Shown here in pieces: positions 29,730 to 44,329 of a stretch of 64,000 nt of DNA. The notes beneath the pieces are model-generated. The model had not been told where the DNA came from, ran no database searches, and saw only the letters and a program-made list of their open reading frames with translations. The stretch is taken from NCBI GenBank assembly GCA_951406725.2, contig OX597817.1:57970001-58034000 (forward strand), written 5' to 3'. The position numbers and the translations under genes are program-made. Within the stretch, counting starts at the first letter, position 1. Every line of letters starts with the position of its first letter. This DNA is from Octopus vulgaris. Taxonomy: Eukaryota.

Positions 29730-29777
<48 letters not shown>

Positions 29778-29830
29778 CACGATTTAATCGTGATCAGAGT
29801 TGTTAAAAAAAAAATACGAGGTACTATTGT
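29352..29830. mobile_element. Tigger-like MITE with duplicated left end and a nested fold-back insertion
   Basis: cagtagaacctcggtttacgaac occurs at about 29352 and 29433; the inverted counterpart is at about 29778-29830. Confidence 0.6.
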
Positions 29831-29899
29831 ATTCAGAAATGATTGAAGCAAACTACAATTTTATATGCAGGGATTGAATAAAATAATGGAAATGCATTG

Positions 29900-31130
29900 T
29901 TAAATGAAAGTTTTATTATCTAATACAAAGTTGATCCACCTTTGGCATCAATCACACTTTTAATACATCAAGGAATTGATTCATACAGGTCCTGCACAGT
30001 TGTTAAGGGGATTTTGAGCTATGCTTCAAGTAAAGCAACAATGGCAGAGGGTTCCAATATGTTTGGTTATATCGAAATCCGATGAATTTTGGGTCCAATC
30101 CAGGTTGATCTCTTTCACTTTTGTGTTCTTCATACCAATTTTGAATAAATTTTGCATTACCATCCTGGAGGATTGCCCAAACCATTAAAGATCTACCTCC
30201 ATGCTTCACTGCAGGAACCAAACTATCAGGGTTGACGGCAAACTCCAGACAAGAACTTGAACCGAAGTGGGGAGAAAACGATGATCGATGATTTGTCAGA
30301 GAAGATGGTAATTTTCATTTGAGCCATTGATCATTTCTGATAGTCAAGACAGCACTTCCCATTTATCATGGCAGACACGTTAGCGCGCCGGGCAAAATGC
30401 TTAGCGGTATTTCGTCAGTCGTTATGTTCTGAGTTCAAATTCCGCCGAGGTCGACTTTGCCTTTCATCCTTTCGGGGTCGATAAATTAAGCCCCAGTTAC
30501 GCACAGGGGTCGATGTAATCGACTTGATCTGTTTGTCTGTCCTTGTTTGTCCCCTTTTGTGTTTAGCCCCTTGTGGGTAGTAAAGAAATAGGTATTTCGT
30601 CTACCGTTACGTTCTGAGTTCAAATTCCGCCGAGGTCGACTTTGCCGTTCATCCTTTCGGGGTCGATAAATAAAGTATCAGTTTCGCACTGGAGTCGATG
30701 TAATCGACTTAATCCCTTTGTCTGTCATTGTTTGTCCCCTCTATGTTTAGCTCCTTGTGGGCAATAAAGAAATAAATATCGATGGGAGACAGTAAGGGCT
30801 TCGCAACTGCTACCTTCCCCGCTCCCCTGGTGTATTAGCTCTCTGGTGCTCACGGCAAATGTTTCTGATTAACACGCATGTTGGCAAACTGATGGCTTGA
30901 CTCTGTTGTCATTTTTGCTGGTACGTTTTACGGTTCTGCAGTCTCCCTTTATGAAATTCACGTTCTCTCCACAATTGTTCCCCCCAGAGCTGGTTTTACC
31001 TTGGTTTTGGAATACCAAAACGATTTTGGAGACTGTATCTCTGCAAACATAAAACAATTCAACAGTTTTGGTGACTGGAACTCCGGCCATTCTCGCGCCA
31101 ACAATTTATCCTCTTTCGAAATCAGATCGG
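29900..31130 (-). mobile_element. Decayed Tc1 element interrupted by a SINE
   Basis: PAVKHGGRSLMVW and QDGNAK fragments (ORF 30003-30221) and an HTH fragment (ORF 30869-31090). Confidence 0.7.
30369..30775 (+). mobile_element. SINE family B dimer
   Basis: Two tandem bodies similar to 3765-4377. Confidence 0.85.
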
Positions 31131-31386
31131 TCACGCATTTTAACTTATTTAAATATAAAAAAAAACATCTGCAAAATAAGAAACAATAAAAGACAAAAAA
31201 TAAAATAAAAACAGACATGAAAGTACAAGGCAGGCATACATAATGCATAGGAACAATTAGATACAAACTAGAACAGTTTTGAATTTGTCATTTTGCCAAT
31301 AGAGAAAAAAATAGTTAAATTAGAAGTGATGCTTCCATTATTTAGCCCATCTCCTAATATATACACATACATACAATGTTTATGTG

Positions 31387-31419
<33 letters not shown>

Positions 31420-31441
31420 GTATGTAAATATATATGTAGTT

Positions 31442-31502
<61 letters not shown>

Positions 31503-31510
31503 TACATTTA

Positions 31511-31545
<35 letters not shown>

Positions 31546-33071
31546 ATATATATATATACACACACACATACATTTAAAACACACACACACACACATCCAT
31601 CCATCTATACATACATACACACACGCATACATACATACATACATACATACATACATACATACATACATACATACGTACATACATACATACATACACACAC
31701 ATACATACATACATACATACATACGTACGTACGTACATACATACATACATACATACATACATACATACATACATAATGTCGAGTTGATACGTTTAACCAA
31801 TAGATTTTTAATGTCCTGCTTTCAAACAGGCTACAATCTATCGGTCTTGGCGTCGTGCCGTCCGACCGACCATCGGTCAAGCACCACAGTGTGAGCATGT
31901 GTAGGTATGTGTGCGTGCGTGCGAGTGTGAGTGTGAGTGTGTGTGTGTGTGAGAGGGAGAGATAGAATGTGAATGTGTATGTGTATGTGTGTGGTTGTGC
32001 TGAGACGGGTTGGGTAATGGTTTCTTTTTATCCGGCTCGATTTCGACTGCGCCAGTAAAACAACAAAGCGGACGCTTTCTCCTGTTTCGTTGTGTTTCGA
32101 CAATGTCAGGTCGTCGTTTTATATTGGCGGGTTAATGGATGTCGGGTGTCTAAAATAACAAGAGCCAGGAGACAGCCGACACCGAGAGACAGAGGAGTGG
32201 GAAGAGGAGACGGAAGAAAGAGCAAGGAAGGAAAGCAGGAAAGGAAAGCAGAAAGCAAAAGGCTCATGGTTTGTTTTAGGCTGTTGTTATTAAGTCCCAA
32301 GACTATCCTTAACAAGCAAACAACCTACGATTAAAGACGTTCCAGCAATGACCATACAGTCTTTTTTTTATGACGGCAGGATGTGATTGGTTTCTTTTTC
32401 TTGCTCTCACGTGACCATATATAATTTTTTTTTTCTCGTTAGCTTATTATTTTCAGCTGTGGTAATTTTGGTTATCTTTTACTCGGGAAGGGACGCAGGG
32501 GCCGTAATCCTTTGCCGGATGTCTGAGGCAAGTCTGAGGAAGGGAGGTATCCTGAAACCAGAGACCTGTCCCGAAGTAGACTTCGCTGAAGGTATCCAAG
32601 GTGCTCAGGGTAGGGCGAGGGTCTGTGTTAAATTGGGTGACAGATTAATTCTATCACCCATTTAGATACGGCGGGATTTGAACTCGGAATTCAAAGAACT
32701 GGAATAAACCCAACAACATCTGATGTTCTCACGAAGGTGCGTGGCCTAACGGTTAGGGTGTTGCACTGACGATCGCAATATCGTGGCTTCGATCCCCGAT
32801 CAAGCGGTGCATTGTGTTCTTGAGCAAAACACTTCATTTCACGTTGCTCCAGGCCACTCAGCTGTAAATGGGTAACCATGCAACAGACTGAAGACTCATA
32901 TTGTCGTTCGATACTCGATATGAGGAGTAGATAGACAGCTGACAACTGATGAAGGGTCGTTCTTTGTGTTACTTGTCCTGTTTCCCATTTGTTTCTCTCG
33001 TTGTTTAACTCATTTAACTCATTTTCGTATTTCATGTTGTTTACTATTGGTCACATCCTGTACCCATATAT

Positions 33072-33130
<59 letters not shown>

Positions 33131-33235
33131 CTCACAGACATATAATATATATATATGTATATATATATATATATGTAAATATATATATATATATGTAAAT
33201 ATATATATGTATGTATGTATATATATATATATATA

Positions 33236-33290
<55 letters not shown>

Positions 33291-33293
33291 GTG

Positions 33294-33338
<45 letters not shown>

Positions 33339-33693
33339 ATATATATGTATGTATGTATATATATATATATATATATTGTGCAATCGTCGTACAACTGCAT
33401 GTGCATGTGTGTGTATGTTGTAAACGTGATGTCGCTGGTTGTGCGACGGTGTGGCATTTGTAATGCGACGAAGTCTCCATGTCAGACTGAACAACAACAC
33501 GTTTCACCCACCATTATTACTTCCAGATTGTTTTAACCTCTCCAAAGTAATTTTCTCATGTCTGCAACATTGTTGACAACATAAGGAGATGGTTGCGGTC
33601 ATGGTAGCAGCAGTAGTAGTAGTAGTAGTGTCGGTGGTGGTGGTGGTGGTGGTGGTGGTGGTGGTGATGGTAATGGTCGCAGCAGCAGCAGTA

Positions 33694-33751
<58 letters not shown>

Positions 33752-34619
33752 TGTAGTGGTGGTGGTAGTAGTAGTAGTAGTGTCGGTGGTGGTGGTGGTG
33801 GTGGTGATGGTAATGGTGGCGGTAGTAGTAATAGTAGTAGTAATGTCGGAGGTGGTGCAGTAGTGGTGTCAATGGGTGGTAATGGTAGTCGTGATGTCAG
33901 TGCTGGTGGTGGTGGTGGTGGTGGTATTAGTTGTGCTAGTAGTGGTGGTGTAGGTTCTAGTACTGATGCTGTATCGTATTAGTATTGGTTGTAGCAGTAG
34001 TATTAGTAGTGGTGGTAGTAGTATGTTCTTCAGGTGATTGTTGGGAATCGCAGAAGAAGAGGTGTTGTCGTTGATATTGGTGGTGGTGGTCGTGGTGATG
34101 AGTGGCTGTGGTGGTTTTTCTGGTAGTGGGAGTAGTGGCAGTAACAGCGATGGTATTCGTGGTAGTGGTGTCGGTGGTTGTGTCGATTGTTTTAACAGCA
34201 GTAGGATCAAAACTGAAGGAGGACCTCTGTGGATCATTGATAAGGTGTTCGCAAATCTTGTATCCAAGATGTACTTCAAACTGGCAGCTGTTAGATACAT
34301 ACCAAACCGCGTGGAGCCAAAGTATGGCTAAATTTGGGATTTGGGGGAGAGAACGTAAATCCTTAATTCATATGCTACAAATGATCACGGTATCTGGGAC
34401 TCTAAAAATCTGCAAGACCTTAAGACTTAAAGGATAAAAAATGATTAAACCAAGATGCTTTCCTTCGCAACCTTGCTACCAAGTAGGCGACCGGTTAAAA
34501 TTAATTCTAAATTAAAAAGAGAAAGAGAACATACATACATACATACCTACATACATACATACATACATACATACATAAATACATACATACATACATACAT
34601 ACATACACACAGACGTATG

Positions 34620-35455
34620 GAAAACATCAAAATGTGATAACCGATGCAGATTTCGTGGAGGTAACACTGAAGATATCACCCACATCATAAGCAGTTGTCC
34701 AAAAATGTCATTGCGGTATTATCTACCGATGAGACATGATATTGTAGCCAGAATACTGTATAAGATCCGTCGGAAGGATAACCCTTAAATCTAAGAAATA
34801 AGAACCCACTGTATGGTAGAGGATATAGCCACTCATAATAAGGAGTACTAGTGGAATGTCCAAGTGAAAGCGTCAATAAAATGTAAGCATAGTAGATCTG
34901 ACTTAGTGATTTGGGATAGGAAGTGAAACTGCGTACAGTTGTGGAAATCAGCTGTCCAGCGGATGTGAATATAAAGCTGTGGATCAGCGAAAAAGAAAAT
35001 ACCTACGCTGGACTATTGAGAAGTCTACAGTTACTCTACCCAGATTACAAGTTCAGGTTTGTACCTGTAATTATTGGGATATGCAACACACTGTCTAAAT
35101 ACCCGTCTTGAGAAATTAGGTTTCTTAAAACTAGAAAAGAGAAAGCTGATTCGAAGACTACAGATCCAAGCCATAACTGGAACTGTAAAGATCTGTAAAA
35201 CTTTCCAGAAGTTTATCATTTAAATATATAAGAGCATGTCTGGATATGCAACTATATGCATGAGAATACATACATAGAATAAAACATACAAATCTGCACA
35301 CGCCCTAACTCCAAATACTGCACATGTACACACATACATGCACAAATACCTTGTTGTTGATGTTGAAATTCCAATGATGGAGTCTTGGATCTAGGTTGGA
35401 AACCGGATCTTTCTATATTGGCAAGAGATCTTGAAATGAAACTGAATAATGACAT
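34620..35455 (+). mobile_element. RLE-type (R4/Dong-like) LINE 3' remnant
   Basis: CRF..NTEDIT.HIISSC zinc knuckle, then KHSRSDLVIWD...VVEISCPAD (restriction-like endonuclease PD..D region); flanked by (CATA)n. An older relative lies at about 34200-34425. Confidence 0.75.
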
Positions 35456-36298
35456 ACATACATACCTGCATGCAGACAGACATACATACATACATACATA
35501 CATACATACAAACATACATACATACATGCATACATGCATACATGCATACATACATGCATACATGCATACATGCATACATACATACATACATACATACATA
35601 CATACATACATACATACATACATGCATGCATACATTCAAACATGCGTACATGCATACATGCGTACCTACATGCCAAAGTGAAAATCTGGATAAGCTACGA
35701 TTTTTAGAAAAATAAATTAACCAGCTAATACGGACATTACAAAACACAATCTTTAAGTGGAACAGTAAACAATTTTAAAATATGCAAGGCATTTCTCAAG
35801 TTTCAAGTGTGACATTGTTTTTGTTATCTTACATTCCAACTTTGGAGCTTTGTATTTTTGTTTGAAAGCAGTTCCTTCCTCAGAGAGGAAGAATTTAGAT
35901 AATTATAAACAAAAGAGAACGCACGCGCGTGCGCATATATGTCTATATTTATCTGACTATCTGTCTATCTGCCTGTCTATCTATATATATGTCTGTCTGT
36001 CTGCCTTTCAGTCTCCCTATCTGTCTGTGTGCCTGTCTGTCTGTCTCTTCTGTTTTTAATCATTTAAATTCTTCGTCTGAAGAAGGAGCTGGTTTCTAGG
36101 AAAGATACAAAACTCCATCGATGGAATGTAGATAACGAAAACAATGTCACATTTTAAACCCGAGAAAAGTCTTAAATATTTTTATTGTTCCACTTAAAGA
36201 TTGTATTTGTAATATGCGAATCAGTTGGTTGATCTCTTTTTCTGAAAATTCAGACTGACAGGTATTTACTTACAAAACCAAGAGCTCCAATTACTATT

Positions 36299-36300
<2 letters not shown>

Positions 36301-36382
<82 letters not shown>

Positions 36383-36551
36383 TTCCGGTATATATATATA
36401 TATATATACATATATATATTTACTCCGGTATATATATATATACATACATATACATATATATATATAGAAGACGACACAAAAAACACGGACGGGACATTCG
36501 TAGTCCTATGTATGTATATGTATATATATATGTATATGTATATATATACAT

Positions 36552-36605
<54 letters not shown>

Positions 36606-36611
36606 ATGTAT

Positions 36612-36683
<72 letters not shown>

Positions 36684-36812
36684 GTATATATATACATATA
36701 CATATATATATACATATACATACATAGGACTTCGAATGTCCCGTTCGTGTTTTTTGTGTCGTCTTCTAAATGTTTCACGTTCTTGTCCCAGTTTGTATAT
36801 TTTTTTTACTTT

Positions 36813-36887
<75 letters not shown>

Positions 36888-37013
36888 ATACATACATATA
36901 TACATATATATATATACATATATATATATGTATATATACATATACGTATATATATACATACATATATACATATATATATACATATATATATACATATATA
37001 TATATACATATAC

Positions 37014-37082
<69 letters not shown>
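36301..37082. repeat. Representative compound (TA)n microsatellite; (TA)n, (CA)n, (TATG)n, (TATC)n, (GA)n, (TAA)n and (TAG/TGG)n tracts occur throughout the window
   Basis: Read directly; these tracts generate the [12 protein letters not shown] ORFs in the track. Confidence 0.97.
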
Positions 37083-37083
<1 letters not shown>

Positions 37084-37980
37084 GAGGAGGTAATCTAAAC
37101 TAACCAGAAAAGTTCTCTGTGGGACAAGCCCATTGTAGTTCAGGCTTTCGCTGCTAGAAGACACTTGATGCAAACTTCAGGCATCAGTCTACCGACTAGG
37201 GCCATCTTGGGAGGTTTTACTGCTACGTGGTGAGTCTTTGTTTTTCAGTGCTTCTCCTTCTTCGTCGATTTTTGCGATTTTGCGATGGCTGAAGAGAAGG
37301 AACAGCGTACTTCTGTAAAATTCTTTTTTTTTTTTTTTTTTTGCTGGGAAAAATGGCGGCCGAAACAGTTGTCATACTTCAAACAGCTTACAAGGACGCT
37401 GCCATGAACAGAACACAATCTTTAGGAATGGTGGCTTGTCGCTTGAAGACCAACCTCGTTGAGGGTGACCGTCGAGCTTCCGAACGAATGAAAACATCTC
37501 GAAAATCCATGAACTAATCTTGGAGGACCGTCAGCAAACAGTTGATGAACTTGGTGATCTGAGTGGTGTGTCCTGCAGGTCCTGCCAACGAACTTTGGGC
37601 GAGGAATTGCGAATGAAGAATTGCAGCAGAATTTGTGCCACGCCTGTTCATGGAAGATCAAAAACAGTCACGACTGAATGCGTGTCGTGCATTGAAAGAA
37701 CACCTGGAAGTCGATCCGGACTTTTTCTCGAAGATCACCACTGGTGACGAAAGCTGGTGCTATGGAATGTGAAGATGTGGAAGAGGGGGAAAAAAACGAC
37801 GGAGGCGTTAAAAGGCATCATTTCGCAAGAGTTCCAGCACTGCTTCGAACAGTGGAAAACGCGCCTGGACCGATGTATTATTTCAAACGAAGAATACGTT
37901 GAAAGCGATATGTAAATATGTAAAATTAAGTGAATAAATTAATATTGCAGAATTCCGGTTTCTTTTGGGTACCCTCTCAT
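37083..37980 (+). mobile_element. Decayed mariner element with internal deletion
   Basis: EQRTSVKF...GKMAAETVVILQTAYKDAAM and KITTGDESWCY fragments; TA-flanked cgagga.../...accctctca ends. Confidence 0.75.
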
Positions 37981-38014
37981 ATATGTATGTGTGTTTGTAT
38001 GTATATGTATTTAT

Positions 38015-38386
38015 CGTAGCACTCCGTCGGTTACGACGACGAGGGTTCCAGTTGATCCTATCAGCGGAACAGCCTGCTCGTGAAATTAACGTGCAAGTGG
38101 CTGAGTACTCCACAGACACGTGTACCTTTAACGTAGTTCTCGGGGAGATTCAGAGTGACACAGAGTGTGACAAGGCTGGCTCTTTGAAATACAGGTACAA
38201 CAGAAATACGAAGAAAGAATGAGAGAAAGTTGTGGTGAAAGGGTACAGCGGGGTTCGCTACCACCCCTTGTCAGAGCCTCATGGAGCTCTAGGCGTTTTC
38301 GCTCACAACGCCCGGTACGGGAATCGAAACCGCGATCCAACGACCGCGAATCCGCTGCCCTAACCACTGAGCCATTGCGTCTCCAC
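38015..38386 (-). mobile_element. SINE family D, near full length
   Basis: tRNA-like head matches 12659-12802; 3' part matches bases 1-82. Confidence 0.8.
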
Positions 38387-38516
38387 ATATGTAATTATAC
38401 ATAAATACGGTGTGGCCAAAACTTTATCTACAATACTGACATCGACTTATATCAAATTTAACTAAACTCCATTATTTTTTCTCTTCATTTTCTTTCTCAA
38501 CTTTTGGATGTGGCAG

Positions 38517-38679
38517 CACGGAATAATCAAGGTTTTCGGTGAGGAATTCATTATTATGCCAATAATTGAATCAGCCGACACTCCAACTGGAGGACTTCAG
38601 AACTCTGTTAAACATGGAATTGGTAAACTGAGAGGCAACAAGGCCTTTGATTTTGGCCGTGATTATATTCCCATACCAG
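38517..38679 (+). CDS. M12B gene exon C, prodomain: HGIIKVFGEEFIIMPIIESADTPTGGLQNSVKHGIGKLRGNKAFDFGRDYIPIP
   Basis: Long pyrimidine tract and ggcAG acceptor; donor CAG|gtaagt; phase 0/1; G-x5-EEFIIMP and H-x-I match the propeptide pattern G...y.IeP...H.i. Confidence 0.85.
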
Positions 38680-39728
38680 GTAAGTACCTGATAAAATACT
38701 TCATTTTATAAAAAAAGAAAAAGGTGAATAATGGCAGAATCGGTAGAACATCGATCAAAATACATTGTAGTATATAATTAGCTTCCTTTACGTTCTGATT
38801 TCGAATCCTGCTCAAGTAAAGTCTATGTTTCTATGGAGGTTGGTAAAATAAGAATCTGTCTACAAGTGGCAGAGAAAAGAACATCAACGAGAAACGTGTG
38901 AAGAATCAAGCGGTTCCGATACATGGCCATACTACAGAAGAGGCTATTATAAAAGGTAGGGATCGAGCCTCGGTCTAGTTGACCCTAGGATAGTGGAGCT
39001 TGAATCCATAATTAAAAATGGGACTTAGCTAACCAGAAAGAAGTCTGATTAAAGTTCAGTCCTCCAGTGTGGCGTCTAGGGCCTCTTCTGCGATAATACT
39101 GCGTTTGCCGATGCCATGTGTGTGTGTGTGTCTGCGTAGTCACCATGTCCCACTTCACAGCCAGTGTTGGATTGCTGTCCCAGCACCACCACCAATTCGG
39201 CCATGATGAAACCTGAATGTTGACAAAAATCAGAAAATCATTGAAATAAAACAAAATAAACACGACAGTCTAATAGGCAGACTTATTTTCCAAATGACAA
39301 AGTAAAGCATACAGTCACACTTGCGTCATTCGATAAGGGCGCCATTTTGCAACAACAACAACAAGAACAACAACAACTACAATAATAATAATAATAATAA
39401 TAATAATAAGTAATAATAATTTCTGTGCTAGATTTAATTATGACTAATTTGACATTTTGTCTATGGGGCATGGTTGTCTCGATTACATTTGACCTGATGA
39501 TGTAAAAGTGACAAGTTAAAGGAACCCTCTTGCTCCAGCCTATGTCATACATCTAAAGTGAGACTTCAATTACTTCCTCCGTCTTAAGAGCTTTTCTTTC
39601 TTTTTCTTGTTCTTTCTTTCCTGTCGCCATATTTGCCGTCAAATTATCCTCTCGACAATCATGCCTCCACTTCCGCTTCAGGATCTGAAACGTACACACA
39701 CAGACACACACAGACACACACACACACA

Positions 39729-39800
<72 letters not shown>

Positions 39801-39917
39801 GCCACAAATCTACATGCACACACTCTCACATACAGACATGCTTGTGTGCATACCTGTACTACTTTCATGTACGTAAGTATATATACATATACGTACATAC
39901 ATACATACATATATATA

Positions 39918-39960
<43 letters not shown>

Positions 39961-40009
39961 ACACATACATATGCATAATTATACACAAATATATAGATTC
40001 AAGCATACG

Positions 40010-40081
<72 letters not shown>

Positions 40082-40355
40082 CAGACATATATACATTTAT
40101 ATTTATTTATATATGCTTCTAATATAAGGATAAAATTTTATGAAAACAAAATTTATCAGTGGCCAAAGTTATATATATATATATCATACATCATATATAT
40201 ATATATATATATTTATATTGTTATATTTCGGAATGGTCATATTGCCAGTTTAGCCAATAAATATATATATTTATAAATACACATATATTTACATCTATCT
40301 ACATATGCATACATCTATCTGTGCACACACACACATACACATACAAATACACACA

Positions 40356-40391
<36 letters not shown>

Positions 40392-40545
40392 AATACACAC
40401 ACACATATTTACATCTATATACATATGCATACATTTATCTATACAGACACACGCTCGCGCGCACACACACACACACACACACACATACACACATATATAT
40501 ATATATATATATATACATACACATATGTACATACAGATGCTCTTG

Positions 40546-40601
<56 letters not shown>

Positions 40602-41000
40602 AATATATCTATCTATCTAACTATCTATCTAGCTATCTATCCATCTATCTATCAATCAATCTATCTATCTATCAATCTATCAATCTCACTCTAATATATC
40701 TCGAAGAGAATAAGGTCATGATGGAAACGATTTACTTCAATAAAGGGCAACATCTTTGGGCAACATCATACGTGGCTAACTTTCCAATTGCATCGTCGTG
40801 TCGTCTGTGCTGTGATGTGCAAGTGAGATGTGGGCTCTACTAGACGATTTGGTTTAACGATTTGTCCAGGTGGAAGAGCGCAATCAAGAAAGAATCGAAA
40901 GAGCATTGTGACCTAACATCCGATGGTCTGGTCGTTAGAGTGATACCACAGTGATACTTACATCGGATGTATATATATGTATGTGGATATGTGTGTTCGG

Positions 41001-41064
<64 letters not shown>

Positions 41065-41103
41065 ATGCGTGTCTGTGTATATGTATATGTGTGTGTGTGT
41101 GTG

Positions 41104-41147
<44 letters not shown>

Positions 41148-41172
41148 ATATATATATGTGCGTGTGCGTGTC

Positions 41173-41233
<61 letters not shown>

Positions 41234-42039
41234 GTATGCATGTATGTGCCATTGTTCAGTTTTATTTCAAGATTTCTTGCTAATAGAGAAAGAAACGGTT
41301 TCTAACCAAGATCAAAGGCTCCTTCATTGGAATTTCAACATCAACAACAGGAAAATTTTGTTTGTATGTATGTATGTATGTATGTATGTATGTATGTATG
41401 TATGTATGTATGTATGTATGTATGTATGTATGTGTGGAGATTTGTATGTTTTGCTTGATGTATGTATTCTCATGCATATAGTTGCATATCTAGACATGCT
41501 CATATATATTTAAATGATAAACTTCAAGAAAGTTTTACAGATCTTTACAGTTCCGGTGATGGATTGGATCAAGAATACAATGCGTCGCCCGATCTAAGAA
41601 TCGAAACCACAATCTTTCGATCATAAGTGCAAAGTCTTCGAATTAGTTTTCCCCTTTCTGGTTTCGAGAAGACTAACTTCTCAAGATTGGTATTTAGGCA
41701 GTGTGTTACATATTCAAGGGACCCAATAATTACAGGTATAAACCTGAAATTGTATGAAATCGTACTTAGGGTGAGAGGAAGAGAGAGGGGGAGGGAGAGA
41801 GCTAGACGAGAAAGAGATGTATATGTATATGTGTATGTGTGTGTATATATAGTTGTATGTATGTATGTATATATAAATATATATATGGAGGTGTGCGCGC
41901 GCAGTATATACATACTTATATATACACTTGAGTACACGTTCGACACTGTTCCTACTCAGCATTCCATATGTGTATACGCATGTGTGTGTATGTATGTGTG
42001 AGTGTATGTATGTGTGAGTGTATGTATGTGTGAGTGTAT

Positions 42040-42094
<55 letters not shown>

Positions 42095-42438
42095 CACACA
42101 CATATATATGTGTGTGTATATGTGTGTGTGTGTGGACACAGAAAGAAACACATTCCACTAAAAGCCATAATGGCATTCATTTTATCTGAGTATTTGTCAC
42201 GTATGCAATCGCACTTAGAAAGCGAGAAAGAGAGAGAGAGAGAGGGAGAGAGAGCGGGAGGGGGGGAGGGACGAGAAAGAAAGAGAGAGAGATAGACGTG
42301 AATGTATATGTGTATGTGTGTGTATATCTAATTGTATATATGTCTATATACATAAAAATATATGCATATACTAACATACATGCGCACACACATACACACA
42401 CATACTCATATATATATATATATATATATTTACGTATG

Positions 42439-42517
<79 letters not shown>

Positions 42518-42867
42518 ATGTATGTATGTATGTATGTATGTATGTATGTATGTATGTATGTATATGTGTACTTGCTACGCAAACATTTTAGTTATATGCC
42601 AAGTTTGTTCCAACAGTTGTTATTCAATTAGACATTTCCTTCCACACAGAATCACTCTCTCTCCCCTTCTCTCTGTCTCTCTCTGTCTCTGTCTCTCTCC
42701 CTCTATTCTCACTCATCTAACTCTTGACTTTTAATTTACACTATAACTAATAAAATTATTTACATGTCTAATTATAAAATCTCTACTAAGAATTTAAAGT
42801 CGACCTCACACGACACTCCAAAAGCTCCCCTTATATATAAGTGTATGTGCCTATGTATGTATGCATG

Positions 42868-42901
<34 letters not shown>

Positions 42902-42953
42902 TGTATGTATGTATGTATGTGTATATATGTATATGTATGTGTATATATATGTA

Positions 42954-43034
<81 letters not shown>

Positions 43035-43313
43035 GTTTCAACGAAGTCGTGTCTTGCCTTTACCTTCGAAACACGGAGTAGTCGAAGCAGAGGCAGCTGA
43101 AGAAGGGGAATGTTCCTTGTGTTGTATGTTTTGTACTCTGTTTTTTCGTTGTTTGAAAAAGTCCGTTTCCATGCTTTTGTTTTTATGTTTTCATTTCTCG
43201 TTGTGTTCTACGTTCTTTTTGGTGTCCTGTACCCATATATGCATGTATATATACATATAGATGTAGGTATGTACATATATGTATGTATGCATATGCTTTA
43301 TTTATTAATTTGT

Positions 43314-43380
<67 letters not shown>

Positions 43381-44329
43381 TGTATGTGTGTGTGTATATA
43401 TATGATGTGGAATCAGTCGAGTGGTAAAAGTAGTTGTTTAGTCTCTAGCAAAAACAAAGTTTGTATAGAAAATACAAATAATTCGATAATTGATCAATAA
43501 AGTGTATTAATCAATGCATCTAATACACTTCATACGATATTGAGATTAAACGGAAAATTTCGATAAGATGAAATATACTGTACAATTCCTGTTCGAAAGC
43601 AACAAATATTGCTTATTATTGTGAGGAACTAAGTATATTACCAATGTATATACAAGTGCAAAATAAAACATGAGATTTATTTCATCTTATTCTTATAACG
43701 GTATATATTACATAATCTCTACAGCTGTTTCGCTAGCAAACACTGGTGTGCTAAGCAATAATCTTAACAGTTATGATGGCTTATTCGAAGTGTGTATGAG
43801 TGTGCTTCTCTCTCTCTTTCTCTCTGTATGTGTGTGCGTGCGTGCGTGTGTGTGTGTAATCGATTCCTTCGACTAAAATCCATCAAGGTGGTGCTCCAGC
43901 ATGACCAGAATCTAACCATTGAAACAAGTAAAAGATAAAAGATACCTATACGAACGTACACGTGCGCGCGCACACACACACGCACTCACGCACGCATACA
44001 CATCTATCAAACTGGATCAAAGATCCTTCCCGGGCCATAGCTCCATAAGTCTGGTTTCTTGGATCCAATGGTGTGTATATTCCTCACCCTTGGACGAGAC
44101 GCCCGTCTGTCACAGGATTACTCATCTTTATCAGCTGGAGCAAACGTGAAATGAAGTGTTTTTCTCAAGAATACAATGCGTCGCCCGATCTAAGAATCGA
44201 AACCACAATCTTTCGATCATAAGTGCAAAGTCCTTAACCACTTAGCTACACCTTTCCACGCATGTATTTATGAATGTACATATATTTGTATATATTTATA
44301 CATGTCCAGGTCGCCCTTGTCTGAAATCT

